A DNA stretch of 64,000 bases, from contig CAXXJJ010000001.1 in NCBI GenBank assembly GCA_963667015.2, positions 416,001 to 480,000 of the forward strand, in the 5' to 3' direction. Both the position numbers and the translations under genes were made by a program. Under the pieces are notes generated by a model that had not been told where the DNA came from, searched no databases, and was given only the letters and a program-made list of their open reading frames with translations. Shown here one piece after another: positions 1 through 10,893 of the stretch (position 1 is its first letter; each line of letters opens with the position of its first letter). Source of the stretch: Desulfatiglandales bacterium (GTDB taxonomy: Bacteria; Desulfobacterota; DSM-4660; Desulfatiglandales; HGW-15).

Positions 1-382
1 CGGCACTTCTGAACTGGATATCAGAGGTGAAAATTTAGTATTATCACTTTTTATAACTCTATAACCGGGAACCATAGATTGATTTATTTCATCTGGTGAC
101 AGTTGATGTTATACTTGTAACTATAAATATTCTCAATTTCTTCCTGATCTACTCATATACTGATTTTAATGGCTGAAATGGATAAACGTAACCGAATTTG
201 TCTGTTTTACCTGTCGAAATGACTGAATAAATTAATTTTCTTGCTAACCTTGGATGATATGGTATTATTGGCCTTATTTAATTTTAACCTAAAATTAATT
301 GGATTTCAGAGAATCAATTGTAACCAGAACATTCATTAACCATATTCAGGCGGGTAACTTAAGCAGGTCTTTAACATAAGGA

Positions 383-1612
383 ATGGGATATATGGCGCTT
401 ACAGGAAAAAGAAAAATAGCAATCATTCTGGCAACCATACTTATCATTGCCTTTGTATGGCAAGTCATCTCTCGCATCAGGGAGCAGGGAGGCAGTAATG
501 GCTTCCGGGGCCAAATGGGAGCCCAGGCGGTTCCGGTAGAGGTGGCGGAGATCAAAGTCGGGTCTATTGAACGGAGAAAAACATTCAGCGGTACACTGGA
601 GTCCCCTTCCGAATTTGTGATCGCACCTAAAATAGGCGGTCGTGTGAAACTTCTTAATGTTGATATAGGCGATACCATAAAACGAAATCAGGTGGTTGCC
701 AGGCTGGATGATGCGGAATATGAACAGGCTGTTCTTCTGGCAAAGGCGGATCTGGCGGTTGCAAAGGCCAATCTGATTGAGGCACAAAGCGCTGATGAAA
801 TAGCAGAAAGGGAATTAAAAAGAATAAGTGAATTACTCAAGGCGGGATTGGCTTCGGATTCGGAATATGATTCGGCAAGGGCTGACCACCTGGCAAAGCA
901 GGCAAGGCTTGCGGTCTCGGAAGCCCAGGTAAAGAGGGCAGAGGCATCCCTTGAGACAGCAAAAATACGACAAAATTACACTGAGATAATGGCCGGCTGG
1001 ACAGGCGGGGATGACAACAGGACAGTAGCCGAACGATTCGTCAATGAAGGGGATATGGTATCCACAAATACCCCTCTTCTTTCCATTGTTGAGCTTGATC
1101 CGCTTCTTGGTATTCTATATGTGTCTGAAAAGGATTATGTTTATCTCAAAATCGGGCAGCAGGCCTTTTTAACCACAGATGCCCATCCCGATGAGGTCTT
1201 TCCCGGCCGGATAAGCCGTATTGCCCCTGTTTTCAGGCAGGCAACAAGGCAGGCAAGAGTCGAAATTACCTTAGACAACCATGAATTAAGGCTGAAACCG
1301 GGTATGTTCATTCGCACTACGATTGTATTCGAAAAGCTTATGAACGCCATGATTGTTCCCGAGCAGGCCCTCACAAAAAGGGAATATAAGGATGGTATCT
1401 TTGTTGTGAACAATGATCGTAAGACTGTCAGGTGGTGCCCTGTAAAGGTAGGAATTCGTGATAATGAAGAGGTTCAGATTGAGTGTGAAGGTCTGACAAA
1501 AGGGCTTGTAGTTACCCTTGGACAGCAGCTTCTTGATGACGGATCAGAGATCTTTATTTCAGGGGATAGCAATCAGTCAGGCACTGATAATAAAATGGAG
1601 GCCGACAAATGA
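383..1612 (+). CDS. RND efflux periplasmic adaptor (membrane fusion protein)
   Basis: 409 aa; N-terminal TM anchor, lipoyl-like halves ([33 protein letters not shown]), helical hairpin, LKPGMF motif; overlaps the AcrB-like gene (ATGA). Confidence 0.93.
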   Translation: MGYMALTGKRKIAIILATILIIAFVWQVISRIREQGGSNGFRGQMGAQAVPVEVAEIKVGSIERRKTFSGTLESPSEFVIAPKIGGRVKLLNVDIGDTIKRNQVVARLDDAEYEQAVLLAKADLAVAKANLIEAQSADEIAERELKRISELLKAGLASDSEYDSARADHLAKQARLAVSEAQVKRAEASLETAKIRQNYTEIMAGWTGGDDNRTVAERFVNEGDMVSTNTPLLSIVELDPLLGILYVSEKDYVYLKIGQQAFLTTDAHPDEVFPGRISRIAPVFRQATRQARVEITLDNHELRLKPGMFIRTTIVFEKLMNAMIVPEQALTKREYKDGIFVVNNDRKTVRWCPVKVGIRDNEEVQIECEGLTKGLVVTLGQQLLDDGSEIFISGDSNQSGTDNKMEADK

Positions 1613-4600
1613 CCCTAGCGGAATTCAGTGTAAAACGCCCCATAGTTATCACGATGGTTACGCTTATAGTAATCATACTGGGAGCAGTATCATTGAGCCG
1701 GCTTCGAATAGATATGCTTCCCAGTGTTGAAATGCCTACCCTGAGCGTGCGTACATCATACGCAGGTGCAAGCCCGGAGGTAATGGAACGGCTTGTCACC
1801 CAGCCACTTGAGGAGATAATAGCCACAGTCCCCGGTGTTGAAGAAATGACCTCCAACTCATCGGAAGGTAACAGTCAAATACGGGTAACCTTTGTATGGG
1901 GAACCGACATTAATACTATTGCAATTGATCTTCAGGGTAAAATCGAAGATGGAATGAATGATTTGCCTGAGGACGTTATAAGACCAAGAGTCGACAAGTT
2001 TGATATATCAAGTATGCCGGTGGTGATACTGGGAATATCCAGTAAGCTTGATCCCATTGAACTGACAGAACTGGTTGAAGACCAGATCAGATACAGGTTT
2101 GCAAGGATATCGGGTGTTGCCCAGGTTGATATCTGGGGAGGTTATAACAGGGAGGTCAGGGTAGAGCTGAATCCCCAGAGCCTGAAGGCCCTGAATATAC
2201 CCCTTGACCGGATTTTACAGGCTATACGTGACGCCAATCTTGACAGGCCTGCCGGAAAGATAGAGGAGGGAAAGTATGATATTGCCCTGAGGGCGCCCGC
2301 TGAATTTACGAGCCTGGATCAGATAAAAAATACGGTTCTTCTCACACATGACGGCGCAGCCGTGACCCTTGGTCAGATCGCAGAGGTTAAGGACACCTAT
2401 CAAAAGCTCGAAAGGATTGTAAGGGTAAATAGAGAGCTCGGAATGAGGCTCGGAATCCGGAAGGAGGCTGATGAAAACACGGTAGAGGTCTCAAAACGTG
2501 TACTGGCGGAAATTGAGAAGGTCAACAGGGATTTTCCCCAGGTCCATATTATCCCTGTAATAAATCAGGGAAACTTTATTGAAAGATCCATCCAGAACGT
2601 GGCAAATTCGGTCCTCTACGGTGGGGCTCTTGCAATTGTTGTGCTGCTGTTTTTCCTGAGAAATGTGAGGAGCACCATTGTCATTTCCCTTGCCATACCC
2701 ATTTCCATTATCGCCACCTTCACACTCCTTTACTTTGGCAATTTTACGCTCAACCTGATGACACTGGGAGGGCTGGCCCTGGGGGTAGGAATGATGGTTG
2801 ACGGCTCCATTGTTGTTCTTGAAAACACCTTCCGGCACAGGGATGAAAACAATGAAACGCCCTATTATGCTGCCATCAATGGCACAAAAGAGGTCGGAGG
2901 GGCAATTATCGCGAGCACTATCACTACACTTGTAATTTTTTTACCCCTTATTTTCGTGAAAGGCATTTCAGGCATACTTTTTAAAGAACTGGCATATGTT
3001 ATTATATTTTCACTTATCTGTTCCCTTATGGTGTCCCTGAGCCTGGTTCCAATGCTTGCCTCCAGGCTTCTTGAGGCTGCGGAGCATAAAACAAAGGAAA
3101 AGAAGCAGCTGGTCGCCCGGTTTCTGGATATTTCTTCAGTCCTTTTGAATTCACTGAACAATTCCTACAGAAAACTAATCGGTCTTGCCCTGGCCCACAG
3201 GGGTAGAACCATATTTATTTCAGCCATGTTACTCCTCCTCAGCTTTCTCCTTTACCCGCTTATAGGGACGGAACTGCTTCCTCCCAGTGACGAGGGAGAA
3301 GTCCGTGTCAATGGAGAGATGGAGGTAGGTCTCAGGCTTGAAATTGCTGATGAACAGACAAAAAAAATGGAGGATATTGTCTACCCCGCTGTGCCGGAAC
3401 TTGTCTCATCTGTTGTGAGTATAGGATCCTCCTGGCGCGGAGGAGGAGGTTCCAGGGGAGAAATAAATATCTCCCTGACGCCGCTTAAAGAACGCAGCAG
3501 GTCCAATGTTGAGATAGCAAATGATCTGAGGAAACGGCTTAGCGGAAAAATCCCCGGAATGGATATAAGGGTCCAGGCACCCCAGGGACAGTTCATTCTG
3601 AACCGGCTTATCGGCAGCGGCCAGGAAGGCCTTTCAATAGAAATACGGGGATATGACCTTGAAACCCTCGATCTCTTAGCGGACAGGGTGCTCGATGCAA
3701 TAAAGGATGTGCCCGGAATTACGGATACGGATTTAAGCAGGAAAGCCGGTGTTCCCCAGAAGGAAATCCATGTGGACAGGGATAAGGCGGCTGACCTGGG
3801 TTTAAGTATGAGAGATGTTTCAAGGGTTCTTGAAACCGCTATTGCCGGCTCAAAGACCGGAGAATACCGCACCGGCGGTAATTCCTACAGGATACTTGTT
3901 CAGCTCAAGGATGCCGAAAAGATGTCTATTGATGAAATACTGAACCTGACACTTACAACCGGCTCCGGAGAGCTTGTTACCCTGAGAAATGTGGTGAGGG
4001 AGGAGTCGGGCAGGGGGCCGGTTCTCATAGAAAGAAAAGATCAGCAGCGCATAGCCTATGTAACTGCAAATATTGCCAACAGGGATGTAGGTTCTGTTGC
4101 AAAGGATGTACAGGAGCGATTGTACAGGATAGCAAAACCCATTGGTTACGATTTGAAGGTGGCGGGCAATTTTGAAGAACAGAAGGATGCCTTTCATGAA
4201 CTTATAATTTCCCTCGCGCTTGCCCTTGTGCTTGTCTACATGGTCCTTGCCTGTCAGTATGAATCCCTTAAAAACCCCCTTGTAGTTATGTTTTCTGTGC
4301 CGGTTGGAGCGGTGGGGGTACTTGTAACACTTTTTCTTACGAACACTACCCTGAACATACAATCCTACATAGGGTGTATTATGCTGGGGGGGATTGCTGT
4401 TAATAACGCCATTCTTCTTGTTGACCAGGCAGGGCAGCTTGCCAGAGACGGTATGCCTGTGAATGAGGCGGTTATGGAGGCAGGCCGAAGAAGGCTCAGG
4501 CCCATTCTCATGACAACACTTACAACAATATTCGGCCTCCTGCCCCTTGCACTTGGCATCGGAGAGGGCGCCGAAGCACAGGCCCCTCTCGCCAGGGCGG

Positions 4601-4692
4601 TTGTTGGCGGGCTTACGGCCTCTACACTGATAACCCTGGTTCTTATTCCTGTGATATATACATTATTTCATCGAGAGGGTAATAAACAATGA
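1609..4692 (+). CDS. AcrB/AcrD/AcrF-family RND permease
   Basis: 1027 aa; SVKRPI start, [13 protein letters not shown] in TM4, [25 protein letters not shown]. Confidence 0.96.
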   Translation: MTLAEFSVKRPIVITMVTLIVIILGAVSLSRLRIDMLPSVEMPTLSVRTSYAGASPEVMERLVTQPLEEIIATVPGVEEMTSNSSEGNSQIRVTFVWGTDINTIAIDLQGKIEDGMNDLPEDVIRPRVDKFDISSMPVVILGISSKLDPIELTELVEDQIRYRFARISGVAQVDIWGGYNREVRVELNPQSLKALNIPLDRILQAIRDANLDRPAGKIEEGKYDIALRAPAEFTSLDQIKNTVLLTHDGAAVTLGQIAEVKDTYQKLERIVRVNRELGMRLGIRKEADENTVEVSKRVLAEIEKVNRDFPQVHIIPVINQGNFIERSIQNVANSVLYGGALAIVVLLFFLRNVRSTIVISLAIPISIIATFTLLYFGNFTLNLMTLGGLALGVGMMVDGSIVVLENTFRHRDENNETPYYAAINGTKEVGGAIIASTITTLVIFLPLIFVKGISGILFKELAYVIIFSLICSLMVSLSLVPMLASRLLEAAEHKTKEKKQLVARFLDISSVLLNSLNNSYRKLIGLALAHRGRTIFISAMLLLLSFLLYPLIGTELLPPSDEGEVRVNGEMEVGLRLEIADEQTKKMEDIVYPAVPELVSSVVSIGSSWRGGGGSRGEINISLTPLKERSRSNVEIANDLRKRLSGKIPGMDIRVQAPQGQFILNRLIGSGQEGLSIEIRGYDLETLDLLADRVLDAIKDVPGITDTDLSRKAGVPQKEIHVDRDKAADLGLSMRDVSRVLETAIAGSKTGEYRTGGNSYRILVQLKDAEKMSIDEILNLTLTTGSGELVTLRNVVREESGRGPVLIERKDQQRIAYVTANIANRDVGSVAKDVQERLYRIAKPIGYDLKVAGNFEEQKDAFHELIISLALALVLVYMVLACQYESLKNPLVVMFSVPVGAVGVLVTLFLTNTTLNIQSYIGCIMLGGIAVNNAILLVDQAGQLARDGMPVNEAVMEAGRRRLRPILMTTLTTIFGLLPLALGIGEGAEAQAPLARAVVGGLTASTLITLVLIPVIYTLFHREGNKQ

Positions 4693-6218
4693 TCGCGAAA
4701 TACAGGTTCAGAGAAGGTATGCTGATGTTTATGTTCGCATGCATATTTCTTACACCTCTTTCTTCATTATCCGCATCAGATGAAGAGGCGGCAGAAACCC
4801 AGGGGATATCCATAACAGAAGCAACCCTGCGTGCGCTTGAAAATAATCAGGCATTTCAGATCGAACGGTTAAATCCCGAGATCCGGAAAACCTATGAAAG
4901 CGAAGAAAAGGCTGTTTTTGATCCGGCCCTAACCTTTGAGAGTACCCAGTCAAAAAGTACACTAGCCAGCGGGATCGTAGATCTTACCAAGATCGAGAGA
5001 AAAAATAATAATCTGGAGGTCTCAAAGACATTTTCAACCGGTACGGAACTATCCCTGGGAGTCGAGACACAGCGTATTGATTCGGAAAGATCGGGATTTT
5101 CATCTATTCAGACCAGTGCAGCAGGTGTGCTTTCACTCAACCAGCCCATTTTAAAGGGATTTGGAAGAGGCGCAAATCTGGCGAACCTGAGGAAGGCTCA
5201 ACTTGCGCTCCTTGCCTCCGAATACGAGCTCAGGGGGTTTGCAGAAAACCTGGTTGCAGATGTGGAAAAAACATGCTGGGATTATGTTCTGTCCCAGAGG
5301 AGGATTTCAATCTTTCAGGAATCACTGAAGCTTGCAGAAGACCAGCTTGACGAAACCCGGAAGAGAATAACGATTGGCAAGCTTGCCAAGGTAGAACTTT
5401 ATGCTGCTGAAGCCGAGGTGGCACTGCGTAAAGAGGCGCTTATAAATGCCAGAAGTAATCTTGAGCTTACCAGGCTTAAACTGCAGCGCCTCCTTAACAA
5501 TCCTGACAGTAACCCGCTGGAATCGGAAATAAACATCTCTGATATTCCTGTTGCTGTTGAAGCAGATATAACTGCAATATCGGAGCATATAAGCAGGGCA
5601 CTTAAAATGAGACCCGAAATAAACCAGGCAAGGCTTGACCTGGAACAGGATGAAATTGAAATTGTACGCACAAAAAACGGGCTTTTACCGGTGCTGGATT
5701 TTTTTATTACCCTTGGCAAAACAGGGTATGCAGACTCCTTTGGAGAGGCATTCAAAAGTATTGATGATGCGAAGTACGATGTTTCAGCCGGGATTACATT
5801 TCATTTCCCCATAAAAAAAAGGGCAGACAAGGCAAGGTATGACAGGTCGGTTCTATACAGGAAGCAGTCCGAAGAGGCACTTAAAAACCTGGAACAGCTG
5901 GTTGAAATGGATGTGCGTCTGGCTGTAATCGAAATTAATCGTGCAAAGGAACAGGTCTCTGCCACTGCCGCCACAAGGAAGCTTCAGGAGGAATCCTTAA
6001 GGGCAGAGACTGAAAAATTTCGGGTAGGTAAGTCAACTGCCCTCCTGGTTGCACGGGCACAGAGAGATTTTGTGGAAAGCAAGATAACAGAGATTGATGC
6101 CCTGATAACCTATCTTAAGGCAACGATCAATCTTTATCAGGAGGAAGGAACCCTTCTTACGAGAAGAGGGATAACCGCTCCAGGGGATGATCCGGTGACA
6201 TTAAGCGTTGTTGACTAA
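4689..6218 (+). CDS. TolC-family outer membrane efflux protein
   Basis: 509 aa; signal peptide, two OEP-type helical repeats (ALENNQAF.., ALKMRPEI..), third gene of the RND operon. Confidence 0.9.
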   Translation: MIAKYRFREGMLMFMFACIFLTPLSSLSASDEEAAETQGISITEATLRALENNQAFQIERLNPEIRKTYESEEKAVFDPALTFESTQSKSTLASGIVDLTKIERKNNNLEVSKTFSTGTELSLGVETQRIDSERSGFSSIQTSAAGVLSLNQPILKGFGRGANLANLRKAQLALLASEYELRGFAENLVADVEKTCWDYVLSQRRISIFQESLKLAEDQLDETRKRITIGKLAKVELYAAEAEVALRKEALINARSNLELTRLKLQRLLNNPDSNPLESEINISDIPVAVEADITAISEHISRALKMRPEINQARLDLEQDEIEIVRTKNGLLPVLDFFITLGKTGYADSFGEAFKSIDDAKYDVSAGITFHFPIKKRADKARYDRSVLYRKQSEEALKNLEQLVEMDVRLAVIEINRAKEQVSATAATRKLQEESLRAETEKFRVGKSTALLVARAQRDFVESKITEIDALITYLKATINLYQEEGTLLTRRGITAPGDDPVTLSVVD

Positions 6219-6248
6219 ATCCTCTACGGAAAAGAGAAAAACATGTAT

Positions 6249-6379
6249 CTCGCAGCCGCCGTCGTCCAGGGCTATGGCGTGCCAGGGAGCCCGCAGAGTT
6301 CGCAAATAAAGATAATATATAAACCATGAAAAATAGCTTTTCTCTGTACGCTCTAGTGATCGAAGGGAGCGGGCGAGAG
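6249..6379. repeat. REP-like palindromic intergenic element between convergent operons
   Basis: ctcgcag..ccgccgtcgtccagggctatggcgtgccagg..gcagagttcgca / ctctgtacgctct..gagcgggcgaga. The inner motif recurs in reverse orientation at ~33738-33769. Confidence 0.5.
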
Positions 6380-6399
6380 ATATGAAATCTTTCGGCAGA

Positions 6400-6843
6400 T
6401 TATGACTTATGGAAAGCACTTCTTGGTGAAGAGATAATCTCCTTGATTCTTGCTTCCCTTATTTTATCCTCATGCTCGGTTTTTTTCTTGTAGGCATTGT
6501 TTAGCTTCTGCGTAAGATCGTCCGTCTCGCATGGCTTCATGAGGTAGTCATAGGCCCCGAGTTTCATGCCTTCAATGGCAGTTTCAACCGTTGCGTTTCC
6601 AGTAAGCATAATGACCTCGGTCAGCGGTTTTATGGTCTTTATCTCCTTTAATACATCTATGCCATTGGTTCCCGGCATTTTTACATCCAGGATAACAATA
6701 TCATAATTATGCTCTTTTATTTTATCCAGTGCATCCTGTCCCGAATATGATGTGGCAACATTATATTCACGGATGGTCAGCCTTTCAGCCAGAGCATTTA
6801 CAAAATCCTCTTCATCATCGACAATAAGTATTCGTGGTGTCAT
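6400..6843 (-). CDS. Single-domain response regulator (REC)
   Basis: ILIVDDE, ILDVKMPG, MLTGNA, YLMKP motifs; no DNA-binding domain. Confidence 0.93.
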   Translation of the reverse strand: MTPRILIVDDEEDFVNALAERLTIREYNVATSYSGQDALDKIKEHNYDIVILDVKMPGTNGIDVLKEIKTIKPLTEVIMLTGNATVETAIEGMKLGAYDYLMKPCETDDLTQKLNNAYKKKTEHEDKIREARIKEIISSPRSAFHKS

Positions 6844-6866
6844 AATAAGCCTCCCTGTTTATATTG

Positions 6867-7526
6867 CTATGCTCCCGATCCGACCGGTATATCCAGTATA
6901 AATGAATCGGAACCTTCTTTACACATAATTTTTGCTTTAAGCTTCTCAATAATACCCGCTGATCCGGATAATAAATTATTTTCTATTTCTTTTCCGGAAG
7001 ATATTCTCCTGAACTCTACTCTGAGACGCTCTTCTTCCCTGTGAGCTGACATTAATATGGTTTTTTCTTCACCCGGGTATTGCATTGCCTGGTCAAGGCA
7101 AAGATAGATTATATTTTCAAAGAGAAAAGGGAAAGTGGTAATTTCCAGTGGTTCAGCCGGAAGCTCCGGTTTGATAATTACACCCTTCATGGCTGCAAAT
7201 CTCTCTGACAGCCTAACCATAAATTCTATATATTCGCATGCATTAATCTTCATGAAGGTATTGTCGACACTGTGAGCAAATCTGTTCATGTTGTTAACTA
7301 TATTGTCAGACCGTTTTACCTGCTCAAGAACCTTTTCCACCCTGCCTGCTATCCTGCCCAGATCAAGCGGATGTCCCTTTTCCGACATCATTATTAAATC
7401 CTTTATAAGGCCGGCATTTTCATTGATGACTGCAAGGGTATTTCTTATTTCATGGGAGATTGAGGCATTCATCTTTCCAAAGAACTTTAATCCGTCATAT
7501 TCAGTAGATTCATCATGATGGGTCAT
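6867..7526 (-). CDS. Histidine-kinase-like protein (HisKA box with degenerate ATPase domain)
   Basis: ASISHEIRNTLAVINENAG H-box; no recognisable N/G1/F/G2 boxes; no sensor domain. Confidence 0.8.
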   Translation of the reverse strand: MTHHDESTEYDGLKFFGKMNASISHEIRNTLAVINENAGLIKDLIMMSEKGHPLDLGRIAGRVEKVLEQVKRSDNIVNNMNRFAHSVDNTFMKINACEYIEFMVRLSERFAAMKGVIIKPELPAEPLEITTFPFLFENIIYLCLDQAMQYPGEEKTILMSAHREEERLRVEFRRISSGKEIENNLLSGSAGIIEKLKAKIMCKEGSDSFILDIPVGSGA

Positions 7527-7906
7527 TTTGCCCCTCCGGCAGCAGACATTACTTCATTCATTTTTTTTATCAGGTCTTCAATGTTTACAGGTTTTACCAG
7601 ATAATATTCCGAACCTGCCTCCATGGAGCCGGCCTTGAAATCAGCTTCGGATCCATGACCTGTCATAAAGATAAATTTCATCCCCGGATGTTTCTGCTCC
7701 ATAAGCTTCTTAAGTGCTATCCCGCTTATTCCCGGCATTTTAACATCCAGTACCGCAATATCGTATGGATTTCTATCTGCCTTATACAGTGCTTCTTCCG
7801 CACCGGTGGCCCAGTCAGCCTGAATGTCCCTCATTATCAGCCTTTCTGCAAGTGTATCGACCAGTTCGGCTTCGTCATCAACAAGAAGCACCTTTATATT
7901 TTCCAC
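7523..7906 (-). CDS. Single-domain response regulator (REC)
   Basis: VLLVDDE, VLDVKMPG, MTGHGS, LVKP; GTG start. Confidence 0.92.
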   Translation of the reverse strand: MENIKVLLVDDEAELVDTLAERLIMRDIQADWATGAEEALYKADRNPYDIAVLDVKMPGISGIALKKLMEQKHPGMKFIFMTGHGSEADFKAGSMEAGSEYYLVKPVNIEDLIKKMNEVMSAAGGAK

Positions 7907-7908
7907 TT

Positions 7909-9633
7909 CTATTTCTCCCTGTTTAAAGGTATAGAAATTGTAAATATCGTTCCCTTATTTAATTCGCTTGAAACCTGGATTTTCCCACCGATCTCCTGCG
8001 TGAGGTTATATGTAATAGACAGACCAAGTCCGGTTCCGCCCTGTCCGGTTTTGGTAGAATAAAATGGTTCAAAGATCTTTTTCAGATCTTCCCTGGCGAT
8101 CCCGCATCCGTTATCTGCAACCATGATTGACACAAAGCCATTTTCCTCCATTTTTGCTTTAATTTCAATCATTCCGCTGTCATTTACCGCGGCAAATGCA
8201 TTATTTATCAGATTAAGAAATATCTGCTGAAGTTTTCCTCTGTCACTTTTAAAGACTGGTATATCTTCATCTATTTCAAGGATGATATTAATCTGCCGAT
8301 ACTGGGCTTCTTTATCCATGAAACCCAGGACCTCCTGGATGGTCTCCTTAAGATTGACCGGCTCGATGCTTGCCTGGAGATTACGGGCAAATGAAAGAAG
8401 CCTTTTCGTAATTGTGCCGGTTCTTTTTACTGATTTAAGGATGGAATCAACAAGTCTCATCAGTTTTTCATCATCTTGATACTGTTTTTTTATTACAAAA
8501 AGATCTTTTATAAGCCCGGCCTTTTCATTGATAATCGCAAGGGGATTATTGATTTCATGGGCAACACTGGCAGCGAGACGACCGATAGATGCCATCTTGT
8601 TTGCATATTCCGCCTGATGGAATGTGCTTAGTCGCCTTTCGTCGGCAATCCTCATTTTCCTTATCAAGTAGGTGCCAGTCCCGAGTATAACCGTGCTTAT
8701 GACGGTTATACTGAAGATAAGAAACAGGATAAGCTGGAGCCTGGTGCGGGACCAGGGCTTCATCAACTCCCGTTTATCCTTGACAACCATGAGGATAAAG
8801 GGTGATTGATCAATAAATCTGTAACCGATCACCAGCGCCTTTCCTGCCCTTGTTACTGTTTCATATACCTTGCTTTCGGGTGAGAACACAGGGACGTCCA
8901 GGGGTAATTTATCCAGAACCTCCCCGTAGTATCTGGAACTTGTCTGCAGTATGCCCTCATGATTAATCATAAAGGCATCACCGTTTCCTGCCAGTTCAAG
9001 GTTTGAGAGCAGGGATTCAAACAGCTCTATGCCTATGGCGGAGCGCAGGATAAAGAATGATCCGTCTGACGACTCTTTTTTTACAGCGATTACCATGTGA
9101 GGAACGTTCCGGTATCCCAGGAATACATCACTTATATGCACTCCATTCTCAACAACCTGTTTGTACCATTCCTGGCCATTGTAATCCTTTCCCTTGAGGT
9201 TATATGGCCCCTCATAAATTTTCTGGACCCCTTTGTCGTCAATTACGCCAAGATCCACAAAACCTCCGCCGAAACTTTTTTTCAGATCGGTCAGAATCTT
9301 CTCCAGCCTGTTTCCTCTGGCCAGATCATTAAAGCTGTTTTCATGGACAATAAAGTCAAGGGCTGATTTCCTTTCGGAAAGCAGAAACGCGATATTCCTG
9401 TTATTGTTTGAAACAATCCGGGTTGTTCGAAGCAGGAATTCAGATTCAATGGCCTCCTGAGTGACCTGATAGTCTGTGACAGTGATAACAATAAGAGGAA
9501 GCAGGGCAACACTGCCCATAAGCAGTACTGCCACCCACCAGATTCGTCGGTAATTGAACAGGTACCTGGATCTTATGGGTTGAGTCATCGACTTGTCTCT
9601 CTCAGGAGATGTTATTTTATCCCATAGACTCAT
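7909..9633 (-). CDS. Membrane sensor histidine kinase (Cache-type periplasmic domain)
   Basis: Two TM segments, AHEINNPL H-box, QIFLNLINNA, DNGCG, FEPFYSTK, GTGLGL. Confidence 0.94.
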   Translation of the reverse strand: MSLWDKITSPERDKSMTQPIRSRYLFNYRRIWWVAVLLMGSVALLPLIVITVTDYQVTQEAIESEFLLRTTRIVSNNNRNIAFLLSERKSALDFIVHENSFNDLARGNRLEKILTDLKKSFGGGFVDLGVIDDKGVQKIYEGPYNLKGKDYNGQEWYKQVVENGVHISDVFLGYRNVPHMVIAVKKESSDGSFFILRSAIGIELFESLLSNLELAGNGDAFMINHEGILQTSSRYYGEVLDKLPLDVPVFSPESKVYETVTRAGKALVIGYRFIDQSPFILMVVKDKRELMKPWSRTRLQLILFLIFSITVISTVILGTGTYLIRKMRIADERRLSTFHQAEYANKMASIGRLAASVAHEINNPLAIINEKAGLIKDLFVIKKQYQDDEKLMRLVDSILKSVKRTGTITKRLLSFARNLQASIEPVNLKETIQEVLGFMDKEAQYRQINIILEIDEDIPVFKSDRGKLQQIFLNLINNAFAAVNDSGMIEIKAKMEENGFVSIMVADNGCGIAREDLKKIFEPFYSTKTGQGGTGLGLSITYNLTQEIGGKIQVSSELNKGTIFTISIPLNREK

Positions 9634-9647
9634 TTTGTATCCGTTTA

Positions 9648-10874
9648 TTATTTGGTGTCAGACTTCCTGCCCTGTATCTTTTCGTTAGCCTGTTTTATTG
9701 TCTCACTTAAAAGATCAATATCGACAGGCTTATGGAGATAGGCAAAGGCCCCCAGATCCATACAAACCTCTCTATCCGCTTCTGAGCCGTGCCCGGTGAG
9801 TATTATTACCTCAATCTCGGGCTGGGTTTCCTTTACCTTTCTTAGTACCTCAATTCCATCGATGCCTGGCATTCTCAGGTCAAGAATCATTACCTCGGGC
9901 TCATCTTCCTTGATGAGTTCCAGAGCAGATTCGCCATCATAGGCAACAGCAGAGCCCATATCCCTCATTAAAAGTCTTTCCGAAAGTGTCTGAACAAACT
10001 CCCTTTCATCATCAACAAGAAGGACCTTTGAAGGCATTTCAAAATCATATTTTCGATATATGTCAGCCTGATGGAATTCGGGACCGACCTTTGTGATCAC
10101 ACTCTTTACATCAGGAATTTTAGAGGCGATACTCTTTAATTCCTCCTCCAGCCTTGAAAGCATGAGGACATTCTTGTTTATGGTAAGTGTGATCTCGCCG
10201 TTGTCAGCGGTTACCTCAACATTGTGACCTGACCTTGTAAGGGCGGCCTCTATTTTTGCCGCAAGTTCAAAGTCCCTGACAGCCTTTTTGGTGGAATCAT
10301 TATAGGCAAGTGCATCCTTATTTATAACCCTGGATATCAGAGCGGTAATTTCATCATCCTTCATTTTATCGGTTGGAACAATGACATCATATAAAACGGG
10401 GTCCCAGGGATCATTCCGGTGAAACAGGCCGTTTATCCATGCTGCACGGTCTTCATCGGTTTTTCTGATAATCTTGACCGCTTCATTTTCGGATATTGAA
10501 TCCTTTTCCATGGCCAGGGCTATACGGGATTTCATGTCTGCGATAAGGCAGACCTTCAATACGTGGTTTACGCTCTGAGGCAGCAGCAGGCCAGAAAAAC
10601 CTTCTATTATGATTTTGTCCTGTGAGAGCTTTCCGGCCAGTGCTAGCTTGAGATGTGCGACTGATCGTTCCTTTTCATGGGTAAATTTATTGAACACGGA
10701 TGCCTTTGCAGAAAAGGAGCGTTCAATCTTGCCGGAGGGTATACCTGAAATCCTGCTTGCTTCACTGATAATCTCATTATCTTTTACCAGCTGATAGCCT
10801 GTACTTTCCGCAATTTTATTTGTAAGGGAGGTCTCCCTGCAAAAAATGCCGCCAAATAAGCTTATTATTGACAT
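9648..10874 (-). CDS. Cytidylate-kinase-like / BON-like / REC fusion response regulator
   Basis: N-terminal cytidylate-kinase-like fold (LKVCLIAD..RI..TDEDRAAW..WDPVLYD), BON-like segment, C-terminal REC (VLLVDDE..LDLRMPG..HKP). Start moved to ATG 10874, which follows a GGAGG RBS. Confidence 0.85.
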   Translation of the reverse strand: MSIISLFGGIFCRETSLTNKIAESTGYQLVKDNEIISEASRISGIPSGKIERSFSAKASVFNKFTHEKERSVAHLKLALAGKLSQDKIIIEGFSGLLLPQSVNHVLKVCLIADMKSRIALAMEKDSISENEAVKIIRKTDEDRAAWINGLFHRNDPWDPVLYDVIVPTDKMKDDEITALISRVINKDALAYNDSTKKAVRDFELAAKIEAALTRSGHNVEVTADNGEITLTINKNVLMLSRLEEELKSIASKIPDVKSVITKVGPEFHQADIYRKYDFEMPSKVLLVDDEREFVQTLSERLLMRDMGSAVAYDGESALELIKEDEPEVMILDLRMPGIDGIEVLRKVKETQPEIEVIILTGHGSEADREVCMDLGAFAYLHKPVDIDLLSETIKQANEKIQGRKSDTK

Positions 10875-10893
10875 AGTTCTATTTCCTCCATTA

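Noticed and set aside
346..5755. Many antisense ORFs of 60-170 aa over the RND operon, and similar ones over the kor/hdr operon
   Set aside because: Shadow frames of well-supported genes, with no motifs or RBS.
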